This document shows positions 25,779 to 32,000 of a stretch of DNA of 32,000 nt, one piece after another. The stretch is from the NCBI GenBank assembly GCA_025839675.1, contig CP104013.1, positions 5,670,001 to 5,702,000 on the forward strand, read 5' to 3'. Position 1 is the stretch's first letter. Each line of letters opens with the position of its first letter. The notes under the pieces were generated by a model. The model saw nothing but the letters and a program-made list of their open reading frames with translations. It searched no databases and was not told the DNA's origin. This stretch comes from Candidatus Lokiarchaeum ossiferum. GTDB taxonomy: Archaea > Asgardarchaeota > Lokiarchaeia > Sigyniarchaeales > Promethearchaeaceae. Made by a program: the position numbers and the translations under genes.

Positions 25779-28001
25779 TTAGTTGAGATTTAATTTTTGG
25801 GATATTTTGTCCAGTAATTTCTCTTTAACAAATCCTTTTTCCTGAATAATGCGATAGTAATTATCTTTTTCATATATGAAGCCAAATTTTTTTGAACATT
25901 CAGCAAAAACTCTGAGTTTCAATTCCTTCCCAGGAAATTCTTTCCATTCTTCCCCTTTTTTGATAATTAATTCGATTTCTTTAGCATATGTTGCAAATCT
26001 CTCTTTGTAGAATTGTTTATCCAACGAAATATGTTTATGTTTTGTGATAAAATCTTCAATGGTTTTCAAAAAGGAATCTACACGAGTTTCTTGACTTCTT
26101 GTTTCTCCCTCTTTGTTTTCCACAAACGTTTTCGATATTTTTTTTTTGTCTTTTTCACTGAAAACCTTTGGAAATTCGTTGAAAAAGAATTTTATTTGCT
26201 TCTTTCTGATCATCTGTTCATCAACAGCTGATTTGATAATTTGTTTTATTAATTCCAAAGTAGGTTCGATTACTAAGGGGTTACTTGAAGATTTTATCAT
26301 TTCTAAGAGAATTTCCGGATTCAGATACAAATTTTCAATTTCTCGAACCGGGAGAAGAAGAATCTTTTCTTGAATTTCTACTGCTCTATTCTTAAGGATC
26401 TCTGTATTTCCTTCATCATTATCGAGTATAATTAAAAATTTGAAGTTTTTATTGGTGAAATGTTGTATCAGTTTTGCATTTGCCCAATAATGTACATCTC
26501 GTTTACCTCCCAATTGCTGTAAGACTATTCGATTATCTTCCAATAACCCTGGGATGGCATTCTTGAAGAATTCAATATCATCCTTTCCTTCTACAAGTAT
26601 CATTCCGTTATTCATTAGATAATCTGATGGTTTAATGCCAAGATCTTGAAAGAGAATGTCTAAGTTTTCTTTGCTATCATTGAACACTTGAGTCACTTTA
26701 TCAACTCGTTTCACACGATGAATACTCCAGTCCTCCTCTGAATTGTCGATAAAATAGGGTGAATGGGTTGTGATTAGGACTTGGTATTTGCCAAGATTTT
26801 CTTTGATTATTGATAAAAGAATCTTTTGGAGTTGTGGATGGATGAAAAGTTCCGGTTCTTCAATCAGTAATATTCCATCTTCTTCAGTTTCCAAAATAAA
26901 GGCCAAAATAATAACTAGTTGCTGAATTCCTTTTCCAAGTTTGTCAAAAGTAAGTTTGTAATCAAGCTTCTTTTCTTTAAGATAAGGTATCGTAATTGGA
27001 AAATCTGAAATATGTCTATTAAGCTCTGAATTGTATTTAGGATCAAACAATGCATAATCGGGTTTTACTAAAAAATTTTGATTGATTTCTAGGAGACTTG
27101 GATAAAATCTAAACAAATAATTACATAATTTATCTAATTTTGACCTTTGATTAGTGTCATATTCTAAAATCAAAGTTGGAATTTTATTACCGGTTGCGTC
27201 TAAAGCCTTGATATCATTTGTCTCCTTTATTTTAGAAAAATGATTAAAAAATCTGTCTTCTTTAATACAACGCATTTTAGAATGAAAATTTACAATGGGT
27301 TTTAAGAAAAAATAAAGAAAAGGTTCCACTTTCAATATTTCAAAATAATTTTTATCATCTAACATATTTTTTTGAGAATTTGGAAAGCTTGTATGAAATA
27401 TATTTTCAGGTATATATCTCCATTCTTGATGTTTTTCAATTGTTTTTGCAACATGAGTTGGATTACTCAGGTCTAGAATTCTGAAACTGTAATTTGACCC
27501 CAAATTTTTTTTTTCACCAAATGAGTGAGAAAACCACTCATTTTGAAAGGAAACCTTCTTGATAAAAACTCTATTATTAGATCCTGGCATTAAAATTAAT
27601 TCGAATATAATATTTGCAAATGCTTCCTCGATTGTTAAGCTCTCTTTTTCATCATATTGCCTATTTTTATAAATTTTAAAAGATTCTGGATCTAAAATAT
27701 AGTCCTTCGCTCTCGATCTAAAGATGTGTTTAGAATTCTTCACAAAAAACTCCCTTAATTTCAATTTTTCAAACTTAAAATTAATGATGATTTTTGCCAA
27801 AGCTGGATTTTCATCAAACATGATAAATTTATGATTAAGGTTCTGGTTTGGTCTTATTTTTTCAAGAATTTTAAAAAAATTACTCTTACCAGCGTTATTT
27901 GGACCAATTATTACCCCTAATTCTCCAATATTCTCAAAAACTTGATGATCAAAACTGAGGAGGTTGAAGATTTCTACTCGATGCAAACGAGAAATTGTCA
28001 T
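25779..28001 (-). CDS. OLD-family ATP-dependent nuclease (ABC/AAA_15-type ATPase + Toprim)
   Basis: 740 aa. ATPase motifs are Walker A GPNNAGKS, signature-like KLGKGIQQLVIIL, Walker B ILLIEEPELFIHPQLQ and H-loop VLITTHSPYF. The Toprim core has its Glu in GMILVEGKDDIEFF and its DxD in FLIILDNDEG. A ~150-aa C-terminal extension follows. Confidence 0.8.
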   Translation of the reverse strand: MTISRLHRVEIFNLLSFDHQVFENIGELGVIIGPNNAGKSNFFKILEKIRPNQNLNHKFIMFDENPALAKIIINFKFEKLKLREFFVKNSKHIFRSRAKDYILDPESFKIYKNRQYDEKESLTIEEAFANIIFELILMPGSNNRVFIKKVSFQNEWFSHSFGEKKNLGSNYSFRILDLSNPTHVAKTIEKHQEWRYIPENIFHTSFPNSQKNMLDDKNYFEILKVEPFLYFFLKPIVNFHSKMRCIKEDRFFNHFSKIKETNDIKALDATGNKIPTLILEYDTNQRSKLDKLCNYLFRFYPSLLEINQNFLVKPDYALFDPKYNSELNRHISDFPITIPYLKEKKLDYKLTFDKLGKGIQQLVIILAFILETEEDGILLIEEPELFIHPQLQKILLSIIKENLGKYQVLITTHSPYFIDNSEEDWSIHRVKRVDKVTQVFNDSKENLDILFQDLGIKPSDYLMNNGMILVEGKDDIEFFKNAIPGLLEDNRIVLQQLGGKRDVHYWANAKLIQHFTNKNFKFLIILDNDEGNTEILKNRAVEIQEKILLLPVREIENLYLNPEILLEMIKSSSNPLVIEPTLELIKQIIKSAVDEQMIRKKQIKFFFNEFPKVFSEKDKKKISKTFVENKEGETRSQETRVDSFLKTIEDFITKHKHISLDKQFYKERFATYAKEIELIIKKGEEWKEFPGKELKLRVFAECSKKFGFIYEKDNYYRIIQEKGFVKEKLLDKISQKLNLN

Positions 28002-28211
28002 ATAATATTACTCTTGGACAAAGGTGTAGTTAAATTTTATCTAAAAATCCAATCGCCATATTTAACTTTTAAAAAAAAGGGTTAATCTTCTTGAGATAGA
28101 TTCAATGAAAACATAAAAAAGTTGAGACACAATAAATCTAATGAAGATCTAAGGTTTTTCAAATCATGCATGGCAAAACAGTTTTATTGGATAAATAATC
28201 AATCTTAAACT

Positions 28212-28691
28212 ATGAGTAGTCAAAAAGGCTTATTTACAAAATTGAAGGATAATCTTAGGAATTTGGAGATAACCTATGATGGAGAAAAAATATTCTCAAA
28301 AAAGAAGAAAAAAAATCTCCCGCTTTCAGGAAGAAAATTTAACCACCGAAAATATATTGTAGAATTTCCTGAAAGAAAAAGATCTATTGGTTTGATGGGC
28401 ATTTATAACTTGATATTTTCAATCGTTCTGTTTTTGATTTTGTTAAAAATAAATAATGTATGGATGATATTAGTTCTTATTTTGTCAGTTTTCATGTTAT
28501 TTTTATTAACCGGATTAATTGGACAAGAAGAATCAGAATCAAGATTGAAAATAAAAATTAAAAACCAAAAATCATTCGATGAGCAACATCCTGATTATCT
28601 TCTTAATAGGACTACTCGAGGCAGCAAAGAAATAAAAAATATCAAGATAATCTTGAACGGAAGGGGTTCTATTTTGAAAATTGGACACTAA
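28212..28691 (+). CDS. small membrane protein (2 adjacent TM helices, basic N-terminal region)
   Basis: 159 aa. The hydrophobic hairpin is LMGIYNLIFSIVLFLILLKINNVWMILVLILSVFMLFLLTGLI. It is divergent from the OLD gene and ends 14 nt before the next gene. Confidence 0.5.
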   Translation: MSSQKGLFTKLKDNLRNLEITYDGEKIFSKKKKKNLPLSGRKFNHRKYIVEFPERKRSIGLMGIYNLIFSIVLFLILLKINNVWMILVLILSVFMLFLLTGLIGQEESESRLKIKIKNQKSFDEQHPDYLLNRTTRGSKEIKNIKIILNGRGSILKIGH

Positions 28692-28705
28692 TTAATAATT
28701 GTGCA

Positions 28706-29371
28706 ATGTGGATTCTATTTCCATTTCTTATCATTTTAGTTATTATAGGTTTGGCTGGATTATTAGATCCCTCGATTTTGATTCAACCCGAATTGATAAC
28801 TGCGTCAATTATATTCAATTTCATTTTTACCCTTTGTATTTTTCGTTTAGCACATGTCAATAATAAATGTCTAAAGGGATATAGAAATATTAAGAATATC
28901 ATAGAAAACAATATTTCAGAGATTAGACGGGAAGTTGTAAATTTAAGGTACATTGAAAAAATGGATCCAGGAGAGATTTCTGAGATTCTTGATAATTGGT
29001 ATAAGTTTTATAATGCGCTTTATTTTGATGGGGAACTATCCCCGTTAAATTCGATTATTAAAGATTTTAATGTTCTTTTTTTCCCCATCGACAGAATATC
29101 TTCTATTATCACCACTTTTCAAAAATTAAATTCCCGATTGAAATTGCTTGATTGTTCAGATGATAGTAATCAAAATTCCAAGATATTTCGGAATACTTTA
29201 GAAAAAATTAATATTTTTAAAGAAGAACTTGAATTTGATTTAGCAATGCTTAAATCAAACAAAGTTGAAAAAAGAGCACGGTTAAATTCAACTCAGATTA
29301 TAATTACGCTTATCTCATCATGTATTGTGTCAATTATTACGGTATTAACAATTCGTAAATATGGGATATAA
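28706..29371 (+). CDS. membrane protein (2 N-terminal TM, helical middle, C-terminal TM)
   Basis: 221 aa. The N-terminal TM region is WILFPFLIILVIIGLAGLL / ITASIIFNFIFTLCIF. A ~130-aa soluble helical region and the C-terminal TM QIIITLISSCIVSIITVLTI follow. Confidence 0.5.
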   Translation: MWILFPFLIILVIIGLAGLLDPSILIQPELITASIIFNFIFTLCIFRLAHVNNKCLKGYRNIKNIIENNISEIRREVVNLRYIEKMDPGEISEILDNWYKFYNALYFDGELSPLNSIIKDFNVLFFPIDRISSIITTFQKLNSRLKLLDCSDDSNQNSKIFRNTLEKINIFKEELEFDLAMLKSNKVEKRARLNSTQIIITLISSCIVSIITVLTIRKYGI

Positions 29372-29503
29372 AAAGCAAATCGTTTTAACTTAGAATTTTT
29401 TCTTGAATCATTTTGTTCTTATCTATAAATCTCATTTTTTTTCCATATTCCATTTTTTGCTGTTTCAAAACAATTAATAATTCAGAAATCAAGTATTCAC
29501 TAG

Positions 29504-30034
29504 GTGTTTTACATTCCAAAAGATGAGTTGAACCAAGAAAAAGTTGATTACTTAAAAACCGTTTTTCAGCACAATCGCAGTATGATCCAACTGGCAGACA
29601 ATAAAGCAAGTATCCTAATCCGGATTATATCTGTCCTTCTTCCCATTATGTTCGGGGTCGATTCCTATCTTACCACCATCGTGAAAGTTCAAAGTCTGAC
29701 AATTTTGCAATATTCAAGTTTCATTTTATGCATTGTCCTCTTGATCATTTCCTTTTATATGTCCACAGCCGTTCTCATGGCACGCTTTGAGCAATATGAT
29801 GACCATATCTTCTTTTTAAATATTATTAAGGAAAAACTCGAAGAATATCAGGATACCATTGAAGAAATGGATGATTACGTTATTTTTGAAGATTATATCA
29901 AGGAAAATTATGCTATTGCTGGGATTAATGAGAAAAAATATGCCAGTTATAAATATTCCTTCTGGTTTTTGAATATAGGGGTTCTTCTATTGGTCATTCG
30001 TTATATTGTGTTATTTTCTTTTCTTGTTTTTTAA
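29504..30034 (+). CDS. Pycsar-effector-like (PycTM/DUF5706-like) membrane protein
   Basis: 176 aa from a GTG start. An N-terminal cytosolic helix ends in MIQLADNKASILIRIISVLLPIMFG, the aD-x-KA motif entering TM1 that I associate with this family. Two or three further TM helices follow. It is convergent with a class III cyclase 21 nt away. The family assignment is from memory, not a search. Confidence 0.5.
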   Translation: MFYIPKDELNQEKVDYLKTVFQHNRSMIQLADNKASILIRIISVLLPIMFGVDSYLTTIVKVQSLTILQYSSFILCIVLLIISFYMSTAVLMARFEQYDDHIFFLNIIKEKLEEYQDTIEEMDDYVIFEDYIKENYAIAGINEKKYASYKYSFWFLNIGVLLLVIRYIVLFSFLVF

Positions 30035-30055
30035 TTTATTTCTCTATTTAATTCT

Positions 30056-30769
30056 TTATCTATATCTACCTTGAAATTCATATATTTTATATGGTGATTT
30101 TTGACCAAAATGCGATTTTACACCCTTTAAATAATTACAATAAGGAAATGGTGGAATTATTATCTTGGAGTTATTTTTTCTTTTCGCAGAAAGTAGATGA
30201 AAAATATCTGAACCAATGCAAATGGTTGAGTTCTGATCAAACGTTGCGTGTTTTTTTCCTATTGATTCTAATCGTTTTGCTGTAATTGCAGGGCGACCAA
30301 CGATGATCAATTGGGGTTTTGTCTTCAAACCTATTTTTTCAACTTTAATTAGTCCGAAATCAATTCCTATTCTTATCTTAAGGTCTGGAAATTTATGCTC
30401 TTTTTTCAGAACAATTAATAATTGAGACATTTCTAAGGCAGCATTCAAGGCATTTTCACAAGCTAATTCATCTGGTTGATTTTTATCACAGAAACTTATC
30501 ATTGCACCATCCCCTGTATATTTGTCAACAATTCCTTTCTTTTCATTCACAATATGAAAAACCATATGTAGAAATGGACTTACATATCTTATGAATTCAT
30601 TCTCTTCTAACTTTGATGAATTAGCAATATCCAAAACCAAAATTGCTGCTTTTAGTGTTCTTCTTTCTCCAATGGCCATTTCATCAATATTTGGAAAATG
30701 ATTACTATTCTTTTTACCTGGGTTCTTTCTTTTGTTTAAAAATTTATTTAAAACTTGTTTATCTACCAC
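30056..30769 (-). CDS. class III nucleotidyl cyclase catalytic-domain protein (stand-alone)
   Basis: 237 aa. AAILVLDIANSSKL carries metal Asp 1 and VDKYTGDGAMISF carries metal Asp 2. IRIGIDFGLIKVEKIG and IVGRPAITAKRLESIG follow the Guanylate_cyc (PF00211-type) motif order. The GTG start is preceded by GGGGGA 10 nt upstream. Confidence 0.7.
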   Translation of the reverse strand: MVDKQVLNKFLNKRKNPGKKNSNHFPNIDEMAIGERRTLKAAILVLDIANSSKLEENEFIRYVSPFLHMVFHIVNEKKGIVDKYTGDGAMISFCDKNQPDELACENALNAALEMSQLLIVLKKEHKFPDLKIRIGIDFGLIKVEKIGLKTKPQLIIVGRPAITAKRLESIGKKHATFDQNSTICIGSDIFHLLSAKRKNNSKIIIPPFPYCNYLKGVKSHFGQKSPYKIYEFQGRYR

Positions 30770-30872
30770 TATCGTCTTTCCCCCTATTCTTAAACTACTA
30801 ATACATCACTGTATTTGCTTTTGAAATTTACTCTTTTATTGTCATGAGTAAAACTTTGATTTTAAAAAAAAA

Positions 30873-32000
30873 CTATATTTGTATTAGGTAAATACATTTT
30901 TTTGTTCGGGTTAGAGAAGTAAAACAGATATTATCTTCTTCTGATTTTAATCTGGTTTTTTTTTTTGACGGATTATAATCATAATAAAATACTATATCAA
31001 ATTCTAATCCTTTTCCTTTATGATGTGTCATAACTCGAATTTTATTGGAGTCGTGTGGCAAAATTTGGTCTATATTTATGGCAATTCGCAAATGATTAAG
31101 TAAACTGCTTAATAAAGCCCTGCTATCGTCAGATTCATATTTATTAAAAACAATAAAATTCTGTACCTCCACTGATATTTTTTTTTTAAACTCGGAAGAA
31201 AAAAAATTATCATCGTAATTGAAAATGAAATTAATCAATTTTATTATATTAGAAGTACGTTGAAAAATAAACTTATTTAAATAATCCTGATAATCATTGG
31301 GTAAATCTACAAGCAGTATGGGATTGTGGTTAAGATAAAATTGTAATGAAAAGCAAAATTTATCGAATTCATTAATTTGATCTTCACTAATATCTAATTC
31401 AGATATAGGTATTCCATATTTAATGAGTTCTTTTTTAATTTTCAATACAATTGAATTAGTCCTCGCAAAAATAACGATTGATTCTGCTTTTATTCCCTCC
31501 TTTGTCCAAGAAAGTATTTCATTCTTGATGAATTCTATTTTTTTTTGTAAATTATTTGGATTTATTTCTTTTTGTATAATTTTTGCATCATTTTTATTTC
31601 TGAAATCAACATTTTTAATTAATCCCATGGATAAAGTTTCATTTGTATACTCTATGATATTTTTAGGATTTCGAAAATTTACTTCAAGTTTCAAAAGATT
31701 CGCATTGGTTTTTCTAATAAATTTATCAAAAATTGAAGGAAGACTACCAATCCACTTGTAAATAGATTGATCTTCATCCCCCACAACCATAAGATTTTTT
31801 GTTTGTTGAGCTCTCCATAATAACAAAATGAAATTTAACCGGTAATAGGTGCAATCTTGAAATTCATCTACAAGAATAATTGGAAACTTGATATTCAATA
31901 TATAACGAATATTTTTATATTTTTTAATCATCCAAATTGCACATAACTCCATCAATTCAAATGGTAAAAGCCCATTTTTTATATAATATTTTAAAACATC
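30873..32000 (-). CDS. UvrD/Rep-like SF1 helicase, N terminus outside the window
   Basis: The frame is open to nt 32000. Motifs seen are motif II PIILVDEFQD, III VVGDEDQSIYKWIG, IV VNFRNPKNII, V VMTHHKGKGLEFDIVF and VI CFTSLTRTKKCIYL. On the coding strand a T9 run follows the stop directly. Confidence 0.8.
   Translation of the reverse strand, partial: DVLKYYIKNGLLPFELMELCAIWMIKKYKNIRYILNIKFPIILVDEFQDCTYYRLNFILLLWRAQQTKNLMVVGDEDQSIYKWIGSLPSIFDKFIRKTNANLLKLEVNFRNPKNIIEYTNETLSMGLIKNVDFRNKNDAKIIQKEINPNNLQKKIEFIKNEILSWTKEGIKAESIVIFARTNSIVLKIKKELIKYGIPISELDISEDQINEFDKFCFSLQFYLNHNPILLVDLPNDYQDYLNKFIFQRTSNIIKLINFIFNYDDNFFSSEFKKKISVEVQNFIVFNKYESDDSRALLSSLLNHLRIAINIDQILPHDSNKIRVMTHHKGKGLEFDIVFYYDYNPSKKKTRLKSEEDNICFTSLTRTKKCIYLIQI

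Noticed and set aside
29385-29609. 74-aa minus-strand ORF overlapping the start of the Pycsar-effector-like gene
   Set aside because: It conflicts with the plus-strand ORF, whose N-terminal helix and ADNKA motif look genuine, and it has no motifs of its own.
13055-31761. Short antisense or alternate-frame ORFs 13055-13330, 14322-14561, 18781-19002, 23094-23345, 24285-24476, 26013-26231, 26113-26373, 30091-30285 and 31423-31761
   Set aside because: Each is nested in a longer ORF that carries recognisable motifs. AT-rich DNA generates such Phe/Ile/Lys-rich shadow frames.
25779-32000. Canonical Gabija (OLD/GajA + UvrD-like GajB)
   Set aside because: The helicase is upstream of, and about 2.9 kb away from, the OLD gene, with four intervening genes (three on the other strand). 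The OLD gene is instead tightly coupled to the AlbA_2-like gene.
1-32000. CRISPR arrays, rRNA, tRNA, IS elements, integrases
   Set aside because: I saw no regularly spaced short repeats, no rRNA/tRNA-like conserved segments, no terminal inverted repeats and no transposase or integrase motifs. The only repeats are the R_A, R_B and R_C pairs.

Overview
Very AT-rich prokaryotic DNA with low coding density, almost no Shine-Dalgarno-like sequences and T-runs after several genes. This fits an AT-rich archaeon, possibly Asgard/Loki-like, but that is inference only and a bacterium is not excluded. The left third (1-9.6 kb) looks like ordinary chromosome. It holds a 5'-truncated hypothetical gene, an MntP-like Mn exporter, an amidohydrolase, a P-loop kinase-like protein, a cold-shock protein, and a large FG-GAP/VCBS surface protein translationally coupled to a polytopic membrane protein. 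From about 9.8 kb the window becomes visibly more AT-rich (judged by eye, not computed) and reads as a decaying accessory or defence island. It starts with a GNAT acetyltransferase gene split by a ~1.8 kb mosaic insertion. Three families of dispersed direct repeats (here R_A, R_B, R_C) flank non-homologous small-gene cassettes. Next come two adjacent proteins with canonical R-N-x3-H HEPN motifs, a start-less AlbA_2/Schlafen-like remnant, and a mini-RNase III-like gene with an in-frame TAA. A ~1020-codon HD-phosphohydrolase plus GHKL/Hsp90-like ATPase gene is interrupted by a single TAG. Further right are a DUF4365-type nuclease-fold protein and a minimal nucleotidyltransferase overlapping a 498-aa unknown. 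Then comes an operon of an OLD-family ATPase-Toprim nuclease with a 583-aa AlbA_2/Schlafen-like protein, and a class III nucleotide cyclase convergent with a Pycsar-effector-like membrane protein plus two more small membrane proteins. The window ends in a UvrD-like helicase that runs off the right edge. No rRNA, tRNA, CRISPR array, transposase or integrase was recognised. My best candidates for an undescribed system are the OLD + Schlafen-like pair, the tandem HEPN pair with the RNase III-like gene, and the cyclase/multi-TM module. All domain calls come from motif reading by eye and need profile searches.
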